A DNA stretch of 64,000 nt, from the NCBI GenBank assembly GCA_963705705.1, contig CAVPKK010000007.1, positions 224,001 through 288,000 on the forward strand, in the 5' to 3' direction. The stretch comes from an uncultured bacterium (GTDB taxonomy: Bacteria; Babelota; Babeliae; Babelales; JABCYS01). This document shows positions 49,074-59,363 of this stretch, piece by piece. The notes under the pieces were generated by a model. That model was not told where the DNA came from. It saw only the letters and a program-made list of their open reading frames with translations, and searched no databases. How positions within the stretch are numbered: the first letter of the stretch is position 1; every line of letters begins with the position of its first letter. The translations under genes and the position numbers were made by a program.

Positions 49074-50762
49074 TTAGTTTGTTTTCTTGGATTCAATCAA
49101 TTGCACATCAGAATCTGATTCTGATTCTGTTTCATCAGGGTCAACCATGTGGCTATTGGCAGCCTGTGCATGTGACGCTGCCTCTTCTTCTCGTGCAATC
49201 TCAGCTAAGAATTGATCTGCCCTGCGGACAACGAGTTCGCCTTCAGTTACATCGCCAAATTCCACTGTTCGGTGAGCAAATGCAGCTCCTTTTTTCAAGT
49301 AGCCAATCGATTGCGGACCAGTTTTATGAGCTTCATAAGCATCAATGTAATCAATGGCGATAGACCGATGCTGTGTTCCATTGAAGGAAGTGAGACCCAG
49401 TAAAAGTTCATGCAATTTCGCACGACGTGCAGTAATCATGCTCTTAAATGGGCCAGCGAGCGTGGAGCTTGCCAACTTTGCATTGATTGCTTCAACACGT
49501 GCAATGATGAAAGATTTAAGATTATCCTCAATCTCATATCTTGCTTTTTGCAACTGTTCTTTTGTTAATGTATGACCCAACAATAGTTCACCTCGTGCGA
49601 TTTTTCGCAGATCAGAAATTTTTTTATTGTACGTGCTAATGTATATATCTTCGGCCACGAATGTTGTTGGACCAAGCGGAAGTTGAGCAAAGGAACCGGT
49701 TCGGGGATTTGCAATCATTCTGGCTTGAATCGTTTGTTTTTCCGTTTCACAGCCTTTTTGCTTTACTAAGCAATTATATAACAGAGGTCGATGCATCAAC
49801 AAAGATTTAAAAAAAGTGCAATACTCTTTAACAAAATTTGGGCCACATCCTTTTCTTAGCCATTCTTTTAATGCTGTTTCTGATGTTGCAGCAAGCATTA
49901 ATGTGTCTATTGCCACAAAAATACCGTCATTGGAAAACCATGATGCCATGGCATATGGTTGCAATTCTTGTACACACGGCATCAAAATGCTCAACAGTTT
50001 TTCCTGCTCATTCATTGCTTTGCGCAGGAGCTGGCCGCTTTGGGTATTATTTATTTTTAGATTTATTTTCTTAAGTTGTTCTCGCAGACTATCTTTTTCT
50101 TGAATCGGAAAGGCCCGTTTGGTTGTTTCATCCCAATTATATAAGCGCAATTCTTCAGGCGCCTCAGTAAAATAACTTTTTTCGACCGCGTTGAGTTCTC
50201 GTATTGCATTGGGGCAGCGCAAGCAGGCCGCATTTATTTCATCAAAAATGGTTTCAGCCTTTTTGCCGGAGGCTATCAAACTTTTCACCCAAGCAACCCA
50301 AGCTTTGCCGGTTGGCATCATCATTTGTTCACGAATAAAGGCATCGAATCCCGTTGAAATAGGTGCAAGGCGACAAAGGCCTGGATAATCGGTCTTCAAA
50401 TTAAGCAAAATAATCTTGGTAATCGTTGGGTTTCCAATAAAACCTGGTACATGTGCTATTGGCGCAACCGGTGCTTGAGGTCGTTCATCGCGGCGTTCAG
50501 TCAGCATGCTTTGATCAGAATCAGAATGATCAGAGAAATCAGTCTCATCATCACTTATTAGATTACGAAGTGCCAATCCTCCGATATGCTCCGAAACAGT
50601 ATTAGCTCGAAACGAAACTCTAGTTGCAGGAACAATCGTTTCGCCATCTAATGAAATGCGCACACGTTTTTGCCGCATAGTAGTTTCACTTGATGCTGAC
50701 GTTGCCATAAGTGATGGCACAAGTGTGCAGGCGATGAATGCTATATATAGTTGCTTTTTCAT
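49074..50762 (-). CDS. Secreted effector-like protein, family A
   Basis: MPTGKAWVAWVK, YFTEAPEELRLY, CVQELQPYA; F-box-like segment upstream. Confidence 0.8.
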   Translation of the reverse strand: MKKQLYIAFIACTLVPSLMATSASSETTMRQKRVRISLDGETIVPATRVSFRANTVSEHIGGLALRNLISDDETDFSDHSDSDQSMLTERRDERPQAPVAPIAHVPGFIGNPTITKIILLNLKTDYPGLCRLAPISTGFDAFIREQMMMPTGKAWVAWVKSLIASGKKAETIFDEINAACLRCPNAIRELNAVEKSYFTEAPEELRLYNWDETTKRAFPIQEKDSLREQLKKINLKINNTQSGQLLRKAMNEQEKLLSILMPCVQELQPYAMASWFSNDGIFVAIDTLMLAATSETALKEWLRKGCGPNFVKEYCTFFKSLLMHRPLLYNCLVKQKGCETEKQTIQARMIANPRTGSFAQLPLGPTTFVAEDIYISTYNKKISDLRKIARGELLLGHTLTKEQLQKARYEIEDNLKSFIIARVEAINAKLASSTLAGPFKSMITARRAKLHELLLGLTSFNGTQHRSIAIDYIDAYEAHKTGPQSIGYLKKGAAFAHRTVEFGDVTEGELVVRRADQFLAEIAREEEAASHAQAANSHMVDPDETESESDSDVQLIESKKTN

Positions 50763-50794
50763 ATTGTACTCCATGTATATCTTTTCCCGAATAT

Positions 50795-53440
50795 TTAATC
50801 AGGCTGCTCGAGCGGATCAACGCGTCGTTTCACTTCTCTTACATATTCTTCTGCTTTTTGCGCGAGAGCTGCTGCGGCAGGAATTTTTCGTGCCAATAAC
50901 AGTGCTTGATTTTTGAATTCTTTATAATTATCAAACGATGCTTTGAGGTGTTGGTCAGTTTGTTTGCTTAACAGTTGCAATGATTTATCCAAATAATCGG
51001 TAGCACGAATGCAAGATTGAGTTGCTTCTTCGATGTTCCCATCTGCTAGGTTTATCTCCGCTCGGTGGTTTAAGGAACGGGCAGCCAAATAAAAATCCGA
51101 ACTATCGCTTTGCGGAGAGAATTCATGCACTACTCGTTCATTTAATGCAGCATATTTTTTAGTATACAGCGCTCTGGTAGCTATATTATAGGCTGTAGAT
51201 TTTCGAAGAATACCGTAATGCGTCGCTGCATCGGTAAGGTCTTTCTTATTTAAAACATGATCCTTTGTAGCAAGATCAACAGCACGCTCTGCATACTCAG
51301 CACCTTTTTGGATATCACTGGTAGGCCTTCCCTCCCTTGAGCGAATTATTCCTGCAATTTTCCTGCTTGCATGAAGCGGAGTTATCATGCGTTCCTGCAG
51401 CAGTTGCTCTATCAGCCAAACTGCGTGCTGATATAGCTTATTTCCTTGGACTGCATCTTTCGCCTGAAGAATTGAATCGCAGCATGCATTATATCGATCA
51501 GTCAATAGATTGCGCAGAGTAATTTGAGCTTTCAGTCGTGAAGCCTCTATTTCTTGCGAGGAAAGACTGTTTTCTTTGAATATTTCGCCATTAGCGCAAG
51601 CGCGCAGCATCTTAATTTTTTGCTGCCATTCGCTGATATCCAGTCGCTCCGCTTCTGGGCAGGCAGGGCCTTTAGATACTGTATTATCAGAACGATTACT
51701 AACCATTGCTTTTTCAATTAATAACCTGTCTGAACGAGCGCCGGCTGTAGATTGTGCTGATAAGCACTCATACATGGCCGGAGTATTTTGGGAACAAACT
51801 TGACCGGCATATAACGCTAATATCCGTGTAATTTTTGCGGGACGTTTCAGTAGCCACTGGCCAATGCAATCACAAGTCAGTTCTTGTGGATTTATTGCAT
51901 GCAAAATAAAGGGGGCAGCAGTACCCATAAAATTTCGCCCTGTAATGAGATATAAAATATAATCGGCAATCGCATATGGTTGTAATTCTTTAACGCATTC
52001 AAATAATTCAGTCTTAATTTTCTTTAATCGCTCTTTAATCTGTTCCTTTGAGCCGGCATCTGCCGTACTCGCATCATCACATAATTTGGCGAACTCTTTA
52101 CACAGCGTTTCCTTTTCTGGAATAATTACCGCCTGCTTACCAGTAGCATCAACGCCCCAAATGCGACGATTTACCGGCACATCAGTGAAATATAGATTCA
52201 CGATAGTGCGTAGCTCAGCAATAGGATTGTTGCAATGCGCGCACGCGGATACTAGCTTTTCGATAATAACTTCAGGGTGTTCCGGCTCTTCAATAACACG
52301 TGTAACGCCCTTTTCAATAATCGTTTTTCTTACTGGTTTAGTAAGCATCTCTTTTACGTGTGCAACCCACTTTTTGCCCTTTGGCATTTCAATTGAGCGC
52401 GACATGCGATCAAATTTTTTGTTCAAGCAACGCATTTTGCACATATCTAAATAGTTCAAATCCTTGAAAATATGGCCAATATCGAGTCTATCCTGTTGCG
52501 AGCGCAAGCTTGTTTTTGTAAGCGTCGGACATGGTCCAAATGTTATTGCTTTTGGTTGCACCGGGCTTGGAGCCGGATTATTAAGCGGATTAAAAATTGG
52601 ATTGGTGTTCACTGGTTGTGGCACGCTAACTGGCATAGGATGTATCTGGGCGTTTATATACGGTTGATGTGGTCTAGCGGCAGGCGCTGCAGCCGGAGGT
52701 GCGGGCAATGGCCGTGGCGCCGGTAAAGATAGTGGTGGCGCTACCGGTGATCTGTTTAAGCTCCAAGAATTTTGAGCCGGTGATGGCTGAGGCAGCGTTA
52801 CTGGTCTGCTTGATGTCCCTTGATGAAGCGGCGGCATCGCTGATTGTGCGCCTGGCGCAGGAACATTGACTCCGAACGGCATGTTTGCGGGCCTAATCGG
52901 AGGCGAATATGATCGGTTAATTTGTCCCGATTGCAGCGGCTGAAATGCTGACGAAGATGCATTCGCTTGCGGCGCTGGAGGCTGTGATCGCCATGGTTGT
53001 GATGGCGTTTGAATATTTGCCAATGATGATACTGGTGGCCATCCATGTGGCAATGGCAATGGTAATGTAATATATTGCGTCATGTTAGGGCTCAATGCAT
53101 GTATCGCATTACCATTTTGTACCATCTTATAAAGCGGATCCCATGGTGGTACGTCCGGTAATGGTAATGGCAATCTATAGGTCATTGATCGCGGTGCAGA
53201 TGATGACGCCGCATTATTAGCAATGCCACTATTCGCATTTTGCGGAAATGGTTGCATAGATGATCGCCAACCATTCTGTGGCTGTGGCGCAGCAGCGGGC
53301 TGCGGGCGAGCCAATGTTTCTTGGGTACTTAGATCCATTGGATCGTTATGCGAATTACCATTCGGCGAAGCATTGGAGCCCATAATTGTAGGCGCAATTG
53401 CAAGCGCAATTAACAATGACTTAAGTGTTTGCTGAATCAT
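50795..53440 (-). CDS. Secreted effector-like protein, family A, with Pro-rich region and F-box-like motif
   Basis: IGHIFKDLNYLDMCKMRCLNKKF then MPKGKKWVAHVK, YFTDVP, CVKELQPYAIA. Confidence 0.8.
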   Translation of the reverse strand: MIQQTLKSLLIALAIAPTIMGSNASPNGNSHNDPMDLSTQETLARPQPAAAPQPQNGWRSSMQPFPQNANSGIANNAASSSAPRSMTYRLPLPLPDVPPWDPLYKMVQNGNAIHALSPNMTQYITLPLPLPHGWPPVSSLANIQTPSQPWRSQPPAPQANASSSAFQPLQSGQINRSYSPPIRPANMPFGVNVPAPGAQSAMPPLHQGTSSRPVTLPQPSPAQNSWSLNRSPVAPPLSLPAPRPLPAPPAAAPAARPHQPYINAQIHPMPVSVPQPVNTNPIFNPLNNPAPSPVQPKAITFGPCPTLTKTSLRSQQDRLDIGHIFKDLNYLDMCKMRCLNKKFDRMSRSIEMPKGKKWVAHVKEMLTKPVRKTIIEKGVTRVIEEPEHPEVIIEKLVSACAHCNNPIAELRTIVNLYFTDVPVNRRIWGVDATGKQAVIIPEKETLCKEFAKLCDDASTADAGSKEQIKERLKKIKTELFECVKELQPYAIADYILYLITGRNFMGTAAPFILHAINPQELTCDCIGQWLLKRPAKITRILALYAGQVCSQNTPAMYECLSAQSTAGARSDRLLIEKAMVSNRSDNTVSKGPACPEAERLDISEWQQKIKMLRACANGEIFKENSLSSQEIEASRLKAQITLRNLLTDRYNACCDSILQAKDAVQGNKLYQHAVWLIEQLLQERMITPLHASRKIAGIIRSREGRPTSDIQKGAEYAERAVDLATKDHVLNKKDLTDAATHYGILRKSTAYNIATRALYTKKYAALNERVVHEFSPQSDSSDFYLAARSLNHRAEINLADGNIEEATQSCIRATDYLDKSLQLLSKQTDQHLKASFDNYKEFKNQALLLARKIPAAAALAQKAEEYVREVKRRVDPLEQPD

Positions 53441-53469
53441 TTCATTCCTCCATTTATGGGCCATTTTCA

Positions 53470-56400
53470 TTATTTGTTTTGAGCAGCGGTATTTGTATTA
53501 CCTGCTTGCTGCATTAATTTGTATATATTGAATGCGATCGCAAATAACACTAAGTTTTTGCGGCGCTCAAGCGATGAAGCTTGTTCAACTTCTGAACCTA
53601 TTGGTGCTACAGACGGAGCATCAGAGCCTGTCGTTTTAGGTTCGACAATTCGTTCCGATAAATTCGGTGCACTCACTGCGCGAAGATCAATATTTCTTGC
53701 AGCGTTAGGTTCTTCAATTCTCGTTCTTTTGGTAGCAATTTCTGAATCTGAAGTTGAACCAGTTTGCTCCCCAGCTGCTCGCTTAGCAGCCATACGCATA
53801 CTTAATTCTTCAAAGCCAACGTTTCTAAACATTAAGCCCGATGGTTGACTAGGCATTACAGGCAACGCGATGGGTGATAAAAGCGGTACATGATTGTGAG
53901 ACATTTCTTCTTCATCACTTTCATAGCTATATGCTACCAATGAATTAGATATATCGGCCATGCGGTCCTGGGCAGAAATAGGCCGTGCCATAGTCTGAGC
54001 AATCGGGCTCGGTTGCGGCAGAATTGCTGAACTCACATCGGCCATGCTTGTCTGCAATCTCTGAGCACTAGGGCTCGGAGATAGTACTGTTTGTGAATCT
54101 TGAGCCATTTTATCAAGCTGAACTTTTGCCATCTTTCGAACTTCTTCTGGATACGTCGCTCCATACGCAACCCTCTTGAAAAGTATTCGAGCCGTTTCCC
54201 TATCTGGCTCAAACAGACCTTCACCCGATAAATTCATCAATCCTTGTTGGTAGAGAGCATCCGCTTGAATGTGTGGATGTTTTTCTGGGGACAGGAAAGA
54301 AGAATTATCTTGGTCTACAGCCAAATCAAAGCAGGAGAAAGCTTTTCTAGGATTTATAGCCACACCAAGTCCGCGACGATACATGATCCCCACATAAACA
54401 TGCGCCTTATAGAAAGCCTTTGAATTTTTGTATTGATTCCAGGCACGCTTAAACCAGCGCATAGCTGATGCATAGTTTTCTTCTTTCAAATATTTTTCGC
54501 CAAGACGGATAAATTCATCCGCCTTTTGAGAAACGGATAATCCCTGTAAAGAATTTTCTTCGTCCTTATCAGAAAAATTTGAATACAATGAAAGCGAAGA
54601 AGCGCTTGGGCTTAAGCTTGATGAGCTGGCGCTCGGGGAAATAATTGGCTCATCTTCCATAGGCTTGGTTGAATTACGGTATTGAGCTAATTTAGCACGT
54701 GCAAAATCTCGTGTTTCAATGTCAAAATCTTGTGTTGCGACTTGCTGCAACAAATCTTGGCCTGTGTGTACATTAGGTTCGACAACCAATTCTCCGGCTT
54801 TATTTTTTCGTCCCTCACAAAGCATCACACCCAGATGATATTTGGCTCGACATTCTGACCAAGGGCCATCCTGATTTTTTAGGACTTCCTCAAAACATTT
54901 ACGTGCCGCCCCCCAACCGCGCCCATTCATGCAGCGAACGCCACTTAATAGATTAGGGCTATATCTGGGACGAGCCGGTTCTGTTACTTGCAGTGCCGCG
55001 CTCGGAGAGCTAAATGGAGCAGGTAGGATCTTTATATCACTATCTTCATCGCTTGAAATATCCACCTTAATTTTGTATTCGGCCTCGCCATCAGACGCAT
55101 TGTCTTCGTCTATTGCTGCTAACAGTTCTGCCAAGCCATTTGGTTGATCGTTTACGGTTGGTAGATCTTTTAACGATTCCTTGGCTAAAGCAGTTATTTC
55201 TTTATTAACTGTTTGGTTAGCTGCCTGTTGTAATAAGGTTCGAGCTTCATTCGGATCTTGTGGACCGCCTTTTCCATTAATAAGCAACAGGGATAATTTA
55301 TATTGAGCCTCAGCCACTGCATGAGCATCATCATTCTTTTTTATCGCCTTACGATAAAAATCGCGCGTTGCCTTGTAAATTTGCTGTTTCATAGCCTTTT
55401 CAGCGCTATTCAAATATTCTTTTGACGTACGTAGGCCTAATTGCGCACGCGAAATAGTTTCGCCAAAACTATACGAGCTTGAACTGCTAGAACTTGAACT
55501 TGATGAACTAACGCGAGCTGGCTCCGAAGAAACAGCCTTCTTTTCAAGCCTAGCTAACTTTTCTCGAGCCTTGTCGCGGGCTTGAAAGTTTGTATCTTGG
55601 GCTGCAGCTTGCTCTAATAAAGCACGACCTGCTTCTCTATCACGCTTAATAACCTGATGCCCTTTTCTACCGTCAACCAGCATTGATCCCAAGAAATATT
55701 GAGCTTTGGGGGTTGCCCATAGGTCATCTGACTGCTCAATAATTTGTTCAAATTTTGTACGCGCAATTGCATAGTTGGTGGCGTTCATGCAACTAACAGC
55801 ATCCAGTAGAGTTGGTACTTCTGCAATTTTATCGCCAGCTGAACGATATTTATTTAATGCTTTTTTGGCTAAGTTGCGAATATTTTCATTAGCCGATTGT
55901 GCAGCAGCCTTCTCCCATAGCTTATATGCTTTGATTGGGTCGCCGCCTTTTTTAACAATCAATGTACCCAATTTATAACGAGCTTCGGCTACGGCATTCG
56001 CATCGTCAGCCTTTTCTATCGCTCGATTAAAAGAACGCATCGCAGCCGCAAATTGGCTATCGCACGCATAATGATCTGCCTGAGTTACATAGTCTCGAGA
56101 ACTACGGTTCTTCCTCTTGGGTGTTCCGGGTTTTTTGCCCAACCCCGTATTAACAGACGAGCTAGGTGAGCTTGAGCTTGAAACTGGGGCGGTTGGCGCA
56201 GACGGCGCATTTAATGGAATAGTAGTCGCTGGTCTACTTTTTAGTTTAACTAACTCTTCTTTTGCAAGGGTACGTATTTTTTCAACAAACTCCTGTCTGC
56301 TCGCGGCATACAAGAATGTTCGTCCATTTTCTATATTCTGTAGGCCGCCTTCACCATCGACAAGAAGTTTTCCTAAGTAAAAGCTTGCATAGGCGATTGC

Positions 56401-56673
56401 CCATCGTGGATTATCTTGTTTATTGAGCACTTTTCGAAAGCAGTTTCGTGCAAGATTTGGCCTATCCATAACCAAATGTTCAAGCGCTGCATTAATCATT
56501 GGGTGTCGCTGGTCAGGCGTCAATGGAACCAATCGGCTGAACCTTCTCGCTTGTTCAACGGCATTATGCGGGTTAGATGAATGGCTTGAAGAAGGGGATG
56601 CCGGCGAACCCAAAAGGCTCGGGACAGCAATAAAGGTTGCAAGTAAAGAGGTGATTATAGTTTTTTGAATCAT
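53470..56673 (-). CDS. Secreted Sel1/TPR-repeat protein, family B
   Basis: Repeated A.Y.LG.L...G.G modules separated by poly-Ser linkers; GIMYRRGLGVAINPRKAFSCF. Confidence 0.85.
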   Translation of the reverse strand: MIQKTIITSLLATFIAVPSLLGSPASPSSSHSSNPHNAVEQARRFSRLVPLTPDQRHPMINAALEHLVMDRPNLARNCFRKVLNKQDNPRWAIAYASFYLGKLLVDGEGGLQNIENGRTFLYAASRQEFVEKIRTLAKEELVKLKSRPATTIPLNAPSAPTAPVSSSSSPSSSVNTGLGKKPGTPKRKNRSSRDYVTQADHYACDSQFAAAMRSFNRAIEKADDANAVAEARYKLGTLIVKKGGDPIKAYKLWEKAAAQSANENIRNLAKKALNKYRSAGDKIAEVPTLLDAVSCMNATNYAIARTKFEQIIEQSDDLWATPKAQYFLGSMLVDGRKGHQVIKRDREAGRALLEQAAAQDTNFQARDKAREKLARLEKKAVSSEPARVSSSSSSSSSSSSYSFGETISRAQLGLRTSKEYLNSAEKAMKQQIYKATRDFYRKAIKKNDDAHAVAEAQYKLSLLLINGKGGPQDPNEARTLLQQAANQTVNKEITALAKESLKDLPTVNDQPNGLAELLAAIDEDNASDGEAEYKIKVDISSDEDSDIKILPAPFSSPSAALQVTEPARPRYSPNLLSGVRCMNGRGWGAARKCFEEVLKNQDGPWSECRAKYHLGVMLCEGRKNKAGELVVEPNVHTGQDLLQQVATQDFDIETRDFARAKLAQYRNSTKPMEDEPIISPSASSSSLSPSASSLSLYSNFSDKDEENSLQGLSVSQKADEFIRLGEKYLKEENYASAMRWFKRAWNQYKNSKAFYKAHVYVGIMYRRGLGVAINPRKAFSCFDLAVDQDNSSFLSPEKHPHIQADALYQQGLMNLSGEGLFEPDRETARILFKRVAYGATYPEEVRKMAKVQLDKMAQDSQTVLSPSPSAQRLQTSMADVSSAILPQPSPIAQTMARPISAQDRMADISNSLVAYSYESDEEEMSHNHVPLLSPIALPVMPSQPSGLMFRNVGFEELSMRMAAKRAAGEQTGSTSDSEIATKRTRIEEPNAARNIDLRAVSAPNLSERIVEPKTTGSDAPSVAPIGSEVEQASSLERRKNLVLFAIAFNIYKLMQQAGNTNTAAQNK

Positions 56674-56834
56674 GATTTCCTTCCATTTTTGGCCTTTATG
56701 CCCTCGCCTGGGGATGAAGACCCTTGAATCCATTTAGTCAAACAATTATCCATAATTATTTCTTATAGTCAAAAGGTACAGGGTCAATAAGGAGAAGATA
56801 ATTGGCCTGATAGGCCGCTTATGGGCCATTTTCA

Positions 56835-59363
56835 TTATTTGTTATTAGCCAAGCCATTTGTGTTGCCTGCTTCTTGCTGCATTAGTTTGAATATATTGAA
56901 TGCGACCGCAAATAATATTAAGTTTTTGCGTCGCTCAAGCGATGAGGTTTGTTCAACTTCTGTTGTTTTAGGTTCGACAGATTGTTCCAATAAATTCGGT
57001 GCACTCACTGCGCGAAGATCAATATTTCTTGCAGCGTTAGGTTCTTCTATTCTCGTTCTCTTAGCCGCAACTTCTGAATCTGAAGTTGAACCAGTTTGCT
57101 CCCCCGCTGCTCGTTTAGCAGCAAAACGTGCACTCAATTCTGCAAAGCTAACGTTTCTAAACATTAACCCCGATGGTTGACTAGGGCTGCCGGCTAACGG
57201 CATCACACTAGGCGATAGGAGTGGCAACGGACTTTGAGACATTTCTTCTTCATCACTGTCATAGCTATACGCGACCAAAGATTCAGCTATATCGGCCATG
57301 CGTTCCCTGACAGGGCTAGGAGCTACAACCTGTGTCGTCGGGCTTGGTTGATGCAGAATTGGCGAACTTACATCGGCCATGCTTGTCTGCAATCTCTGAG
57401 CAGTCGGGCTTGGAGCAAGTATCGGTTGTGAATCATCAACCATTTTATCAAGGTGAAGTTTTGCTTGGTTTCGTGCCTTTTCTGGATACGTAGGTTCATA
57501 CGCAACTTTTTTGAAAAAGTAACGCGCCCTTTCCCAATTTGGGGACTCATTAGCTTCACCATTTAGATACATTTCACCTTCGTTTAGAAAAGCGTTCGCT
57601 TCAATTGCTGGATACTTAATCGAAGACAGGAAAGCAGAATTTTCCTGTTTTGCGGCAATCTCAAAGCATGAAAAAGCTTTTTTTGGATTTCTAGGCATAC
57701 CTAAACCTCGACGATACATCATTCCCAGATTCAATTGTGCCTTATAATGAGCCTCTGTATTTGTATATTGATTCCACGCACGTTTAAACCAATACGTCGC
57801 TTGGCCATAATCTTCATCATCCAAACATTTTTCACCAAGGCGAATACATTCAGCTGCCTTTTGAAAGGGGGGCAGGCCACTCAAATTATGCTCATCTTTA
57901 TCAGAAACATTTTGCTTCATTGACGATTTTGGCAAAGAAGGGCTCGGGCTCGAGCTAGATGAAACAGGTAAAATCTCTTCAATATCACTGTCTTCGCCGC
58001 TCGAATTTTCAACTTCATACTCAGCTTCACCATCAGATGCATTGTTTTCAGCTGCCTCTGCCAAATGAGTTGGCAAGTCGTTTAACGCTTTCTTAGCTAA
58101 GGCACTTATTTCTTTATTAACTGTTTGATTAGCCGCTCTTTCCAATAACCTTCGGGCTTCCTTCGGATCTTGCACGCCACCTTTTCCTTCAGCAATCAAC
58201 AAGGCTAATTTATATTGAGCCTCAGCGACTGCACGCGCATCATCATTCTTTTTTATCGCTAATTGATAATAATATCTTGCTCTTGGATATAGTGGACGAC
58301 TGTTAGCTGTCATTGCCGTGTGAGCACTCTGCAAATATTCCTTTGAGGTCCGTACGCCCTTCATTGCACGTGACATGGTTTCGCTATAGCTATAGGAGCT
58401 TGAGCTGCTAGAACTTGAGCTTGATGAACTAACGCGAGCTGGCTCTGAAGAAATATCCTTCTTTTCAAATTCGTCTAACTTTCCTTGGGCTAGATCGCGG
58501 GCTTCCATATTTGCATCTTGCGCCGCAACCTTTTGCAATAGTGCACGGCCAGCTGGAATATTCTGCGCTACATCCTGTGAACTATTCGGTCCTTTTCTAC
58601 CTTCAATCAACATTGAGCCTAAATAATATTGGGATTTAGCAGTTGCCCATGCATCATTAGCTTGGCGAATAACTTCTCCAAATTTTAGTAATGCGCTTGC
58701 AAAATTCTTACTATTCATACAAACCGAAGCACCTATAAAAAGTTTGTTAGGAACACGATTTGTTGGCGCAGTTATCCGTTTCTTCTTCTTTGGAGTCCTG
58801 CTTGGAACAGCCGAGCTTGGTGAGCTCGAAGAACTTACAGATGTCGGTAGATATTCTTCCTCTTCATCATCCGATTGCAGAGCTTGGACTCGTTCAATTT
58901 CTTGCTGTGCATATTTTTGTATTTTTTTGCTCTCATGGTCTTGTTTAGCTGCCTTTTTAAGGAAATAAAGACCTTCCTCTATGTCTTTGGGACCACCTAA
59001 ACCATCAACAAGCAACTTGCCATAATGGAAATGGGTATATGCCCACCCTACCTTTTCTTGGGTGGTACCGCCTTTCAGCATTAACCTTAAATGTGAGCGT
59101 GCTTTGTAATATTGCTTTTGTCCTAATAAATCGAGGGCTCCGTCCAAGGTAAATGAATGGGCACCTGGTTCAGATACAATCAGTGAATTCCTAGGCAGTG
59201 CATTTTCAGCAGCAGCACTTGTAGAATCAGACATTAACGCTTGCTCAATAATTTGATGTGTCCTGCTTAGCGAACTACTTGATGATTCAGAAGTTCCGAG
59301 CATGAAAGCCGGAATGGTAGTAAGAAATATTAATATAGAGGTGCTTATTTGTTGCTTGATCAT
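56835..59363 (-). CDS. Secreted Sel1/TPR-repeat protein, family B (tandem duplicate)
   Basis: Blocks nearly identical to 53470-56673, including the C-terminus; LGMMYRRGLGMPRNPKKAFSCF. Confidence 0.85.
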   Translation of the reverse strand: MIKQQISTSILIFLTTIPAFMLGTSESSSSSLSRTHQIIEQALMSDSTSAAAENALPRNSLIVSEPGAHSFTLDGALDLLGQKQYYKARSHLRLMLKGGTTQEKVGWAYTHFHYGKLLVDGLGGPKDIEEGLYFLKKAAKQDHESKKIQKYAQQEIERVQALQSDDEEEEYLPTSVSSSSSPSSAVPSRTPKKKKRITAPTNRVPNKLFIGASVCMNSKNFASALLKFGEVIRQANDAWATAKSQYYLGSMLIEGRKGPNSSQDVAQNIPAGRALLQKVAAQDANMEARDLAQGKLDEFEKKDISSEPARVSSSSSSSSSSSSYSYSETMSRAMKGVRTSKEYLQSAHTAMTANSRPLYPRARYYYQLAIKKNDDARAVAEAQYKLALLIAEGKGGVQDPKEARRLLERAANQTVNKEISALAKKALNDLPTHLAEAAENNASDGEAEYEVENSSGEDSDIEEILPVSSSSSPSPSLPKSSMKQNVSDKDEHNLSGLPPFQKAAECIRLGEKCLDDEDYGQATYWFKRAWNQYTNTEAHYKAQLNLGMMYRRGLGMPRNPKKAFSCFEIAAKQENSAFLSSIKYPAIEANAFLNEGEMYLNGEANESPNWERARYFFKKVAYEPTYPEKARNQAKLHLDKMVDDSQPILAPSPTAQRLQTSMADVSSPILHQPSPTTQVVAPSPVRERMADIAESLVAYSYDSDEEEMSQSPLPLLSPSVMPLAGSPSQPSGLMFRNVSFAELSARFAAKRAAGEQTGSTSDSEVAAKRTRIEEPNAARNIDLRAVSAPNLLEQSVEPKTTEVEQTSSLERRKNLILFAVAFNIFKLMQQEAGNTNGLANNK

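Noticed and set aside
43480..59363. Prophage, integrative element or diversity-generating retroelement
   Set aside because: No integrase, structural genes, reverse transcriptase or adenine-specific TR/VR pattern.
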